A stretch of DNA of 64,000 nucleotides. It comes from a virus. A program made the translations under genes and the position numbers. The notes under the pieces are model-generated. The model searched no databases. It saw only the letters and a program-made list of their open reading frames with translations, and was not told where the DNA came from. The number at the start of each line of letters is the position of its first letter. The first letter of the stretch is position 1. Below are positions 10,999 through 20,955 of this stretch, in pieces. Location of the stretch: positions 32,001 through 96,000 of the IMG/VR virus record IMGVR_UViG_3300042453_004434. One strand, written 5' to 3'.

Positions 10999-11412
10999 TT
11001 ATTTGTTCAATTTCATTGTCACTAGATCTTGAGTTTTACGCTTAAATTCATTTTCTGTATATTTACGGCCATTTAGATACCAACCCTTAACACCATAAAC
11101 AAATTCCATAGCAGGCCCATCAGTACGATGTAAATTATCATTTATAAACCACTCCTTAGAGCCATCAGCATATTCACAAGCAGGTCCATCCTTACGATGT
11201 AGTTTATCATTCAAGTACCACCTCTTAGTGCCATTAGCAAGTTCTACAGCAGGTCCATCAGCACGATGACGATCTCCATTAAAATACCAATACTTAGAAC
11301 CGTCGGCAAATTCCATAGCAGGCCCATCCTCGCGATGTAACTTACCATTCAAATACCAATACTTAGTACCACTATAATCAGTTTGAACTTTATATGTCTT
11401 CATAATTTTCAT
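10999..11412 (-). CDS. LHRxDGPA repeat (MORN/YwqK-like) protein
   Basis: four WY.NG.LHR.DGPA.E repeats. Confidence 0.85.
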   Translation of the reverse strand: MKIMKTYKVQTDYSGTKYWYLNGKLHREDGPAMEFADGSKYWYFNGDRHRADGPAVELANGTKRWYLNDKLHRKDGPACEYADGSKEWFINDNLHRTDGPAMEFVYGVKGWYLNGRKYTENEFKRKTQDLVTMKLNK

Positions 11413-11427
11413 TTAATTTACTCTTTT

Positions 11428-11455
11428 AGTCTATCAGCTTTTTTGGAGAAGTCAA
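11428..11455 (-). promoter_or_regulatory. sigma70-like promoter
   Basis: TTGACT-16-TAGACT. Confidence 0.65.
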
Positions 11456-11634
11456 CAACTTTTTTAGTTAGAGTCACGCAAATCACACATTGCACAATCC
11501 ACATCACGAAGAAAGCTTTCACTTTCAAGTTCCGTAAAATAAAACAAGACTGAATATATAAAAGTAACAATAATAATGATGGCGTTCATCGTGACAATAG
11601 TCTGCCTCAGAGGTTCAAAAAAGTCAACAATTTT

Positions 11635-12102
11635 TTATTTGGAAAGATATAACTTGCGAAGTTCTTCATCATCAATAAAATTAAAATCATTGCTGCGAGC
11701 TAGGCTGACATGATGAGTTTTAATCCAGCCTTTTTTATTACGCCCAACATCTTCTGTTTTACCAGTAGTTTCACAAGTAAAACTGCTACTATATTCGACA
11801 AAACTTACAACAGCAGAAATATGTTCATCACCACCGGTAAAATAATATCTTAATGTGCCAAACTTTTCTTTAATCTGTAAAGCTTTAACTTGGGGCACTA
11901 TTTTATATTGATCTGGATATTTAACTGCCCATTCATTATTTTGATCAATATATTTTTGAATGTATTGGCTAAGTCTAACTAGAATTAGAAACCAACCATC
12001 ATCACATTCAAAATGAAACAGATTAAATGGCGTATTTTCGCCAGTATCTGTATAAATCTTAGGAAAAATTTTGATTAGATATTGTTGGCGTTCTGGGGTC
12101 AT
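11635..12102 (-). CDS. conserved phage protein
   Basis: FECDDGW...QIKEKFGTLRYY...CE..G. Confidence 0.8.
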   Translation of the reverse strand: MTPERQQYLIKIFPKIYTDTGENTPFNLFHFECDDGWFLILVRLSQYIQKYIDQNNEWAVKYPDQYKIVPQVKALQIKEKFGTLRYYFTGGDEHISAVVSFVEYSSSFTCETTGKTEDVGRNKKGWIKTHHVSLARSNDFNFIDDEELRKLYLSK

Positions 12103-12911
12103 ATAATTGATTTTATTTTATTCTGAAATGCGCTACCTTCATCTTTCCAGTAAATATTTGAAATACCTCGTTTATCTGCTACAAATTGAGACACGCCATC
12201 CCATTGTTTTTCTTTATACAATTCATACAATTTTGGTAATTCATCATAAGCAACAGACTCAGTATCCGAAGCAGGAACAAAATAATCATTTATCAAAACA
12301 TACAATCCCAAACACTCTTTTTGAGTGCATCTATCAATTGCCGTGGTTACAAACAATACACCTTCATCCAATAAATAAGCAGCCATACTTTCTGGATCTG
12401 GCAGCTTTTTACCATTGATATCATAATAATATGTGCGGTTCATATTATTTCTTTAATTTACTTTCAACTGGCTTCATACCCAACAAAATTCGTGCTTGAT
12501 CGCGCACTTCAGCAGTTACAGCGTGACCATATTCATCAGGATTCAACAATGATTTTACAAATGATTTGTATTTTTGTAATTCATTTATCTCTTTTTCCAT
12601 GTAGTAGTTTTGATTATTTAAACTTACTAAATCTTTTGCAAAAGATTGAACACTTTCAATTAGCTTTTCGGCGCTGAATTGTATTTCTTTATTGTTCATA
12701 TTCATGCATCATACTAAAAAAATCATGCTTGTCAAGCCATCTAACAGCAGATTTATCAATTATACCAATATCACCATTTTTATCTGTTACTACAAAACCA
12801 GTAACAACATATTTTTTATCTTCAATTAATTCGGCGGTTTTTTTGGCTGTCAACTCTTTTTTAAATTTAGAGTCGCGAAGTATAGATAGTAGTTCAGATT
12901 CAATCATATTA

Positions 12912-13295
12912 TTATTTATATTTACCAATTGTTTTTAGAAATGCTTCTGCACGTTGGCGAGCAGTTGCATTTATAATCTTAAATCTTTCTTCAATAGTCA
13001 TTATTGTCCAACCATCTGTTTTGCAAATGTTTTCTAAATTATCTATATAATCTGAACAATTATTTTCTTTAAAGGATATCTTGACTGCTTTATTTATTGC
13101 ATTTAAATCATTACAATAATCAGATATAATTTCATACTCTTTGCTGTCAACATCTGATTCTTGATGTATTCCAACCCATACTTGAGACGGTCCATCAATA
13201 TACGGGTCTGTTCCAAATGGTTGATAATCCTGTTCTCGGATCTTTCTCCACCCACAATATTCAGCAATCTCAATATTGATTTCTTCATCAGTCAT
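12912..13295 (-). CDS. phage protein, DYCNDLNA family (paralogue 1)
   Basis: MTDEEIN..IAE...DYCNDLNA...TARQRAEAFLKTIGK; start reassigned to 13295. Confidence 0.75.
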   Translation of the reverse strand: MTDEEINIEIAEYCGWRKIREQDYQPFGTDPYIDGPSQVWVGIHQESDVDSKEYEIISDYCNDLNAINKAVKISFKENNCSDYIDNLENICKTDGWTIMTIEERFKIINATARQRAEAFLKTIGKYK

Positions 13296-13296
13296 A

Positions 13297-13596
13297 TCAA
13301 TCTTTCCATTTTCCAATAGTTTTAAGAAAAGTTTGTGCTCTTTGTTTAGCGGTAGAATGCCATGCCCATGATGTTGTTTCTTTTTGTAAAGCGGCTTCAT
13401 ACGCGCAAGCATCCCAATTATTCGTTGTAAACAAAATCTTTTCTGCTTCGCGCATTGCATTCAAATCATTACAATAATCAGGCGGAATATCCCATCCTTC
13501 AAATGGCTTACCAGTCATGTCTCTTGGAATGATTGCTGGTTTCCATTGAATATATTCAGCAATAATTTTATTGATTTCTGAATCAGTCATGATCAC
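13297..13596 (-). CDS. phage protein, DYCNDLNA family (paralogue 2)
   Basis: same motifs as neighbour. Confidence 0.75.
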   Translation of the reverse strand: MIMTDSEINKIIAEYIQWKPAIIPRDMTGKPFEGWDIPPDYCNDLNAMREAEKILFTTNNWDACAYEAALQKETTSWAWHSTAKQRAQTFLKTIGKWKD

Positions 13597-13823
13597 TTTC
13601 CAATGTCTTGTTGGATCTTAATATCCCACTCTCTGTTGAGTTTGTCAAGTTTATTTGCAATTTCTCTTAAAGTATTTGAAGTCCAAGCTCCATTAATACT
13701 TTCATCCATCCAAAAATAAAAATAACCATCAACATCTCGTTCTATACTTGCAATACTAACATTGTTTTTGGTTCGTACTTCAACTTTATAATCTTTTACT
13801 TTTTTATACTTAAATGAACTCAT
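13593..13823 (-). CDS. hypothetical protein, paralogue of 32719..32958
   Basis: DGYFY.W...W...IA.KLD.LN..WD shared. Confidence 0.7.
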   Translation of the reverse strand: MSSFKYKKVKDYKVEVRTKNNVSIASIERDVDGYFYFWMDESINGAWTSNTLREIANKLDKLNREWDIKIQQDIGK

Positions 13824-13825
13824 AG

Positions 13826-14251
13826 TTATTTACTTTTAAATTGACAATCATCAATAATATCATCACAAATTAAACACTCACCATTAGCATCTAACTTGCA
13901 GGGTACATTAAAAATATTACCAATAATTTTAATGTCTTTTTTAGGGATATGTCCAAGTATTACGCTATGATATTTATATTCATTATCAATAATATATACG
14001 CCATTATGCATATCGACACAACCAACAAAGCTGATATATTTTACAATATCACCTTCGTAAATGTCTTTTCCATTCTTATCTTTTAATCCTGTATATTGTT
14101 GGATTACATAATCATCGCCACCGCTACCATTTTGTAGATTATGGAAGCGTCCATTTAAATCAATGATAAAGTGTTGTTGATTGTCATTATGAGGATAAAT
14201 GAATTGTAATCTCATTTTATCCCAAACTCTAAATTTAAATCGGTTATTCAT
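13826..14251 (-). CDS. YopX family protein
   Basis: KFRVWD...QQYTGLKDKNGKDIYEGDI...IIGNIF. Confidence 0.9.
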   Translation of the reverse strand: MNNRFKFRVWDKMRLQFIYPHNDNQQHFIIDLNGRFHNLQNGSGGDDYVIQQYTGLKDKNGKDIYEGDIVKYISFVGCVDMHNGVYIIDNEYKYHSVILGHIPKKDIKIIGNIFNVPCKLDANGECLICDDIIDDCQFKSK

Positions 14252-14653
14252 ATTAGTTTAGTTCAAAATTATCATCTTTGAATATATCAAAGAATTCATC
14301 TATTGTATAATCATCGTGGCAACATGGGTAGTCACCGGGACAGCTAAAATTTATATATTTGTCACCCATTGTAAACCATCCAATTCTATTGTTTGTAATA
14401 AGCGTTTTCTTTTGTTTTAACATTTCTACTGCTTCAGTGACATTCATATTATTTTCTAACTTTTTTAATGATGGGGATGAAAATGTATCCCATAATAAAC
14501 GCAAGAATCACAATAGGAAAGAAAAAAACATATTCTAATATGCGATATATTTCTTTTGTTTTGTGATCGTTATGAGGATTATATTCCATTCTTAGTAAGA
14601 ACACAACATTGAGAACGATCCATACAATCAATATTGTTGACAAAATTAACATA

Positions 14654-15013
14654 TTACTTTAATAGTTCACTATGTTCAAAAATATTACCAACAATGACGG
14701 ACTCAAATGCTAAATCACAATTTAGATTGTCATAATCTTGGTTTCGTCCTTTCCGTTTCCATTGAAAGATATAACCACCGTGGTCAGCTTCATATAAGAC
14801 TTGTCCAATTACATCACCACCGACATCATAATGAATTTTTAAGATATCACCCTCGTAAATAGGGTTATCATTGCTATCAGTTAAGCCAGTGTATTGTTGA
14901 GCTATCCAATCGCATGAAGATGGATGTCCAAATTGTTCTCCCACTTGATAAATTTGAGTATCAAATCGTTTAATGGTGAAATCCCACACTCTAAATTTAA
15001 TTGGTCTGTTCAT
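14654..15013 (-). CDS. YopX family protein
   Basis: KFRVWD...QQYTGL.D...IYEGDI...VGNIFE. Confidence 0.9.
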   Translation of the reverse strand: MNRPIKFRVWDFTIKRFDTQIYQVGEQFGHPSSCDWIAQQYTGLTDSNDNPIYEGDILKIHYDVGGDVIGQVLYEADHGGYIFQWKRKGRNQDYDNLNCDLAFESVIVGNIFEHSELLK

Positions 15014-15341
15014 AATTTTTTATATTCAACTCCGTAATTTCCTCTATCTAGAGAATCTTTTATACATTCATCAAGAAACTTCGTTAAATGACTATTACCC
15101 AATTCATCTTCACGAATAATGCTATTAACAATACAATAACAGAAATCTTTGGGATTGTCAATCGTCAATTTATATTTTATTCCGCTTAAATCATCTATTT
15201 CTTTCATTACCCCACCATTTTCTTCTTTTGCACAAAAAACTAGGGTATCTATTCCAATAGAAATATTTAATATTCCATCCTCTGTAATTTCAACTCTTAG
15301 TGGCAAATCTTTGTTTTTCATTTTTAAAGCGGTTATTCATA

Positions 15342-15698
15342 TTACTTTAATAATTCTTTGTTCTCAAATATATTACCAACAACTTCCAGATGCTTAAATC
15401 TATTTAGATATGGCGTTTGATTAACTAATTGTTCTCCAGAATTAGATTGAAAAATAAACCCAAGTTTGTCATCACTCCATTTGGCAATAAAATCCATATT
15501 GTCATAACTAGAATTTTGATTATATTGAACAATGTCCCCCTCAAATATTAGATTACCATTCTTATCTTTTAAACCTGTATATTGTTGAATATGTTTACTG
15601 GCTAAAAATACTTCTAGCGGCAAAACATTTAATACTTTTTGGGCAAAGAATTTATTATTTACTTCATCCCAAACCCTGAATTTAAAGCGATCACTCAT
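15342..15698 (-). CDS. YopX family protein
   Basis: KFRVWD...QQYTGLKDKNG..IFEGDI...VGNIFEN.EL. Confidence 0.9.
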   Translation of the reverse strand: MSDRFKFRVWDEVNNKFFAQKVLNVLPLEVFLASKHIQQYTGLKDKNGNLIFEGDIVQYNQNSSYDNMDFIAKWSDDKLGFIFQSNSGEQLVNQTPYLNRFKHLEVVGNIFENKELLK

Positions 15699-16173
15699 AT
15701 TAATGATTTAAAAATTCAGCAAGTTCTTTTTGCTTTTCCTTATTTAAAACGATCAAATCATTCCAAGGATTACCATATCTAAGAATCTGCCAACACCATT
15801 TGATTCGTTCTATAAATGACAGCTTTCTGCCATTTAATCCGCGCTCAAATAATGCAATATAAACTTCTTCTTCGTCATCAAATCTTTCAACAACAAGACC
15901 ATGACTATGACAGTCGCACATTATAAATTTTTGATCTTTATTCATTTTAGAACCATCTAAAAATTCCAAATACGTCAATTACAAAGAACGAAAAATTACT
16001 AGCAAAGAGCGGCCAATCTTTTCTAATATACATTAAATAAGATAACCATCCTCTGCCAACACACAAAATTGGAAACGCCCATTTTGTTTCAGGAATATTT
16101 AATGCAAGTAAACTAGCACCTATCATTAACAATATTACAGATGCCCAGTCTTGCCATTTTTTGTTATTATTGT

Positions 16174-16530
16174 TCATTTAATTAATTGAGGATGTTCTAA
16201 TATATTACCGAATTTTTCTAATTCAATCCACGGATAATCCATTGAAGCGGAAATTTCATTACAAATAAACTCATTCAATGCAAGATTGTCAACATAAAAA
16301 CATCCATAAGTAAAATTAACAATGCCCAATTTCATTCCATATTTTAATACATCGCCTTCATAAATCTTCTCACCATTTACATCGGTCAAACCACTAAATT
16401 GTTGTACAATGTGTGTTTTACGATTAAAATAAGTAGATAAACCGGCAACACCTTCACATCCGTAAAGTGCGCCGGTCATTACATATTTTTGAGCTTGTTT
16501 ATCCCAGATTCGGAATATATAATTACTCAT
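16174..16530 (-). CDS. YopX family protein
   Basis: FRIWD...QQFSGL.D.NG..IYEGD...GNI.EHP. Confidence 0.9.
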   Translation of the reverse strand: MSNYIFRIWDKQAQKYVMTGALYGCEGVAGLSTYFNRKTHIVQQFSGLTDVNGEKIYEGDVLKYGMKLGIVNFTYGCFYVDNLALNEFICNEISASMDYPWIELEKFGNILEHPQLIK

Positions 16531-16744
16531 GTATATTTATACCATAACTATTTAAATAAACATACAAAGACTCGCGAACCTTCTCTAAAGCATCGTCAGC
16601 ATTCTTAAAATCGTGGCCGTGCTTTATCCAATTTCTAAGCTCATTGTCGAAATCAGAAACGGCGCTCCGCATATCAGTTGCCTTACAGGCAGCATCAAAA
16701 AGCGATTGATCTTCTGGTAAATTGTACTCTAATTTTGCTTTCAT
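16523..16744 (-). CDS. conserved small phage protein
   Basis: MKA.LEYNLPED...LR...KHG. Confidence 0.75.
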   Translation of the reverse strand: MKAKLEYNLPEDQSLFDAACKATDMRSAVSDFDNELRNWIKHGHDFKNADDALEKVRESLYVYLNSYGINIHE

Positions 16745-16747
16745 ATT

Positions 16748-17113
16748 TTATTCATTAACAGGATTAGTATTATAATTACCAATTATTGTATAATCTTGCT
16801 GAGTAAATTGCATATAACCACCGCGAATCTCAGCAACATAATATCCAAAGTGATCATAAACAACTCGTCCTCGAACCATTTTCAAACCTAATTTATATTC
16901 AACGTAGTCATTAACATAAATATCTTCATTATTTATAGACTTATATCCAGTACAATATTCTACAATATAGTCATCTTCATTTGTATTTGTAAATGACTCA
17001 TAATAATCACTGTCGCCAATAATTAGTTTACCATTATTTGTAATGGCTTGTACATAACTATTATCTAAATACTTATTTTTTTTCTTATCCCAGACTCTGA
17101 ATTTACTTTTCAT
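16748..17113 (-). CDS. YopX family protein (divergent)
   Basis: KFRVWD...TG.K......IY.ND...IIGN. Confidence 0.8.
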   Translation of the reverse strand: MKSKFRVWDKKKNKYLDNSYVQAITNNGKLIIGDSDYYESFTNTNEDDYIVEYCTGYKSINNEDIYVNDYVEYKLGLKMVRGRVVYDHFGYYVAEIRGGYMQFTQQDYTIIGNYNTNPVNE

Positions 17114-17114
17114 A

Positions 17115-17148
17115 AAATAAAAACCCTTACTATTTTATTAGCAAGGGT
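17115..17148 (-). terminator. intrinsic terminator upstream of YopX operon
   Basis: ACCCUUGCUA/UAGUAAGGGU hairpin + U-tract on minus strand. Confidence 0.6.
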
Positions 17149-17269
17149 AAGAAATTAAAAGGCAGCGATTTTATTTGATTACGCCGCAGGCAGATGTCTA
17201 ACTAGCAAGATACCTAAATGCCGTCAATTTGCCTCTTATTTTACTTTTAATATCTTAAAAATCAATTGT

Positions 17270-17941
17270 TTAATTTTTCAGATGCACCTTCAGTTGCTCA
17301 CCGATGTAGTGAGTATATGCTGGAGGTATAGCCTCTGTCAACTCCCAACCTCTGCCAGCCCAAGGCATTTCCATGACTTTGCGCCACACGTCAATCGAAC
17401 CCTTGCGCCGAGACTTTCCAGTAACACTCATGTCGCGATAATCTATATTATTCTGTTCAGCATATTTTTTAGTGAAGCCTCGTTTTGCTTTTGCTTGTGG
17501 CTGCTTGACTGGAAAATTTGTTTCAAAATATCTTTTACGTTCAATCGGCAGATCAAACATAAATCCAGTCAAATAAAACGGCTCAATTAAATCATTCTTT
17601 GCGCCAACAACGTTTTCAATAATATAATATTTACCAGTTTCGATCAAGACTTTTCTAACTGGTTCAATCAGTTTAGGAGTTTGCTTGCCTTGAGAATAAT
17701 GAACATAAACTGAATCATCTTTTGTTGCTTTGCTATAACCTTGACAAGGTGGCGAGGCATGTATTACATCAAATTGAGACAAGAAATCTTTATCTTGTAA
17801 TACTTCAATTACATCATTTTTAATGAATGTAAAAGGATAATTAGGCTGATCTTTTATATCAACACCAGTAACATCAAAACCAGCTTTATTATAACCCATG
17901 CCAGCGCCGCCAGCACAACAAAATAGATCAAGCAATTTCAT
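17270..17941 (-). CDS. C5 DNA cytosine methyltransferase
   Basis: LDLFCCAGG (motif I), ASPPCQ (IV), IENV (VI). Confidence 0.9.
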   Translation of the reverse strand: MKLLDLFCCAGGAGMGYNKAGFDVTGVDIKDQPNYPFTFIKNDVIEVLQDKDFLSQFDVIHASPPCQGYSKATKDDSVYVHYSQGKQTPKLIEPVRKVLIETGKYYIIENVVGAKNDLIEPFYLTGFMFDLPIERKRYFETNFPVKQPQAKAKRGFTKKYAEQNNIDYRDMSVTGKSRRKGSIDVWRKVMEMPWAGRGWELTEAIPPAYTHYIGEQLKVHLKN

Positions 17942-17949
17942 TATATTAA

Positions 17950-18393
17950 TTACCAGCTAGATCGGTAATAGAATGACGCATCTTTATAATCAGGATTCAT
18001 CAAAATACTAGATATTACATCAATAGTATATTCAAGATCTCGCGTATAATAATCGTCATATTCTGTGGATCCAAAGAAGAAGCCAGATTGTGTAGGCAAA
18101 TTATTTTCAGGCTTTAATTTATTGTTTTTAATATCAATACAAAGATCTACAAGTTTTTCTAGTTGATCTCGCGATACAAAAGCTTTGCGACAATCATCAA
18201 CACCATCTTGAACATTCTTTACAAACCAAGAATGAATAGCATTAGCTTTTCGCCAATAAGCTACATTATGATTAACGTCTATCCAAGAAGCACTTCGATC
18301 AGGTTTGATACGCAAAGTATCAACTACTTTCTGATAGTTGGCATCTCTTTTATCAACGCTAACAGTCACACTCAAATAAGAATCAAGTCCCAT
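17950..18393 (-). CDS. conserved phage protein
   Basis: MGLD...YWRKANAIH.WF...GFFFGS..YD...YY.SSW. Confidence 0.85.
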   Translation of the reverse strand: MGLDSYLSVTVSVDKRDANYQKVVDTLRIKPDRSASWIDVNHNVAYWRKANAIHSWFVKNVQDGVDDCRKAFVSRDQLEKLVDLCIDIKNNKLKPENNLPTQSGFFFGSTEYDDYYTRDLEYTIDVISSILMNPDYKDASFYYRSSW

Positions 18394-18415
18394 AATTTTT
18401 TATTGTTGTGGGTAC

Positions 18416-18443
18416 AGTATAGAGCAAAAACTTCACTTGTCAA
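18416..18443 (-). promoter_or_regulatory. sigma70-like promoter
   Basis: TTGACA-16-TATACT. Confidence 0.75.
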
Positions 18444-19381
18444 GCGGTATTAATTACCGCCCAGATATTGGCCGACTTCCCAATCTTCTAGATGAAATTT
18501 AACGAACTGATACATATCATTATGTTCGTTATTTTTTGCAACTAGATAGGAAAGACTGTACTCGTTATGCAAATCTTTGTAGATAGTAATCATGATCATG
18601 CTGGAATAGCTTGCAGTGCTTTCAGCTTCTCGTCAAGCAATTTGATTTGATTAGAGTCTTGCGCGTCTACAACTTCAAAAACCATTTTAATTAATTCATC
18701 ACTGACGTTCCAAACATTTTTAGTTGCATTCTTGTCAATGAATTCGTGAACAATAAACATTTGTTCTTTATTAAGCATAATGTATATAGTATTTAGTTGA
18801 TACAAACAGCAGTCACAAAACCATCATATTTAACATCATTAATCTCTCGTTCTTCGCGATTGTAGTAAATTACTTCTGGTTCGCGCAACACTTCGTTGAA
18901 ACTATTTCCTTCTTCATCTGACGAATAAATAACAATTGCATCTGGATTATTTTTTGCAATCTGTTGTAGTTTTTTAATATACGTCTGGATTTTCATCTGA
19001 ATCTTTGTAGGATTTTACTGCTTCATCAGACTCTAGATTGTCCATGCAGTCCTGCAAACTTATCACTGCGCTCTCCATGTTGTCAAGAAACTCTTCACTC
19101 ATCGTATCGGTTTGAAAACCTCCAGCGTGTTCAATATCTTCCTTGATAGAATCAAGACTTGAGATGATATTGTCAAGTCTCTTTTTAAAAGAACTATAAT
19201 TACTGCTTGTCATTTTTTATTGTAGACTTAAGTTGTTCTAACTGTTCTAAAGCTGCGTCTCTTTCTTTGCGTAGTTGAACTATTTGTTCGCGATATTTAA
19301 ACATGATACGCTTGTACTCTTCAATTTGCAAATTCAAAAGCTCAACTTCTTCAACTGTTTTAATATTTCCGAAATCGTAAT

Positions 19382-19624
19382 TCATTTATTTTTAATCAAA
19401 CCAAAATCATCAATACGATTATTCCAATCATTATATAGTTCAGCTTTTGTAGCATTAACTTCTATCTCAACTCGTTTAGGAGAAGAAGTTGTATAGCTGA
19501 CTTTAGCATAATCGAAACCGCCATCTATGGCAACTTCGCCACAATTACACCATCGCATATCGTGACGTGCGCGGCTGAAAACGATATCGCCGCAAGAAGG
19601 GCATTGAATAGCATTAATTTTCAT
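19382..19624 (-). CDS. zinc-ribbon phage protein
   Basis: C..CGD...S...HD...C.CG..AIDGG.DY. Confidence 0.75.
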   Translation of the reverse strand: MKINAIQCPSCGDIVFSRARHDMRWCNCGEVAIDGGFDYAKVSYTTSSPKRVEIEVNATKAELYNDWNNRIDDFGLIKNK

Positions 19625-19729
19625 GTTCGTCATCTTTGTCGAACAAAACAGTAATCGCAACAGCAACAAGAAGCAAGAAAATACTCAGCCAAATTATGAA
19701 ATGTATTATATTAATGATATTTATAAAAA

Positions 19730-20236
19730 TTAATTTTTTTGATAAATCCCAACAGAATCTTCCCATCCTCCATCTTTATCTATATAACTCTCAATTAATT
19801 TTATATTAAAATTATTTTTTAATCCCCATTTTTCTAAAGATTTCCAACTATCGGAATAAAATCTCCAATTATCAATTGGATAAGCATGATATGGACCATT
19901 TGATGGTGCATTTATATAAATAAAACCATTTGTTTTTATTAGTCTGCACATTTCTAAAAAAGTAAGCCAAAAGAATTCATCATGTTCAAAACACGAAGAT
20001 GATACAATTACATCAAAAAAATTATTTTTAAATGGAACGTTTTCATTTTTGCAAGCTATATTAACATTTGGTCCATCAAACATATCTATACCAATATATT
20101 TATGTTTTTGAAAAATAGGTTTTAATGTGCCATTGACATCATAAGATCCAAAATCCAAAATAAACGATTCTGAATTTAAATTATTACAGTATTTTTCATA
20201 AAATTTTTTTGCGTTGTTATAAGCTGAAGTATGCAT
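19730..20236 (-). CDS. class I SAM-dependent methyltransferase
   Basis: LDFGS.DVNG, FDVIVS...FEH, H..P.D.WRF. Confidence 0.85.
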   Translation of the reverse strand: MHTSAYNNAKKFYEKYCNNLNSESFILDFGSYDVNGTLKPIFQKHKYIGIDMFDGPNVNIACKNENVPFKNNFFDVIVSSSCFEHDEFFWLTFLEMCRLIKTNGFIYINAPSNGPYHAYPIDNWRFYSDSWKSLEKWGLKNNFNIKLIESYIDKDGGWEDSVGIYQKN

Positions 20237-20702
20237 TTTTTAATTAAAAATATATTTTTTTAAAAAAGTGTTTTATATGAAACATTAATCTGTATAACGT
20301 TTCTTATGTGACATCTAAAATATAATCAGGAATTTGACCCGCAAACCAAAAAAAATCTTCTTGAAAAGAATAATGAAATGTAGCATTTAATGCAGGATTA
20401 AATGCAACAAGAACATCGCGATTCTTAATTCGTTTAAGTTTACCGCGAAATTCTATATGTGGATATTTTTTTCTTATCTCTTCTGGAACGTGAATGTTCA
20501 ATTTTATTGAATTTCTTCCAGTTGCTTGATTACATTATATATTGCATCTTCTAGTTCAATAACACGCTTGTCAAGCATTTTTAATCTATCCGCCGCTTCA
20601 GCTATTGCAGCATTTGCAACACCATCTTCTGATTGTATTTCTTTAGATAGTATTTGTAATGCTTTAATTAATGTAGCTGTAGATGATTTCATAAAAGAAA
20701 AA

Positions 20703-20777
20703 TGGCTCCTCCCCTTGGACTCGAACCAAGAACAACGAAATTAACAGTTTCGGACTCCACCATTGAGCTAGAGAGGA
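20703..20777 (-). tRNA. tRNA-Asn(GTT)
   Basis: cloverleaf, CGAAA-CTGTTAA-TTTCG anticodon arm, TTCGA T-loop, CCA. Confidence 0.95.
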
Positions 20778-20785
20778 ATTAAAAT

Positions 20786-20868
20786 TGGCGCACCAAGCAG
20801 GGCTCGAACCTGCATTTTCAGCTCCATTTACGATTACAGAGGTAGAAGCTCTGCTCGGCTATTGGTGC
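20786..20868 (-). tRNA. atypical tRNA-Arg(TCT)-like RNA without D-arm, with long variable region
   Basis: GCACCAA/TTGGTGC acceptor + GCCA, GCAGG-TTCGAGC-CCTGC T-arm, CAGAG-CTTCTAC-CTCTG anticodon arm; only 8 nt between acceptor and anticodon stems. Confidence 0.75.
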
Positions 20869-20873
20869 ATTAA

Positions 20874-20951
20874 TCTTGCTAAAAGTGCCTTTCTCGTTTA
20901 TTTAAAAACTTACAGGACAGAGGCATGAGCCTCTTTTTCCTCCTAGCAAGA
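20874..20951 (-). ncRNA. candidate structured RNA (multi-branch)
   Basis: 11-bp closing stem with two G-U pairs on minus strand; inner AGAGGC-UCAU-GCCUCU hairpin. Confidence 0.5.
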
Positions 20952-20955
20952 AATA

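Noticed and set aside
13296-13460. N-terminal extension of ORF 12912..13460
   Set aside because: Overlaps the upstream paralogue in another frame; homology places the start at 13295
13826-17113. Diversity-generating retroelement acting on YopX copies
   Set aside because: No reverse transcriptase; differences are not adenine-specific
20786-20868. Amber suppressor (CUA) tRNA and recoded genetic code
   Set aside because: The 7-nt loop centres on UCU; long genes are intact in the standard code
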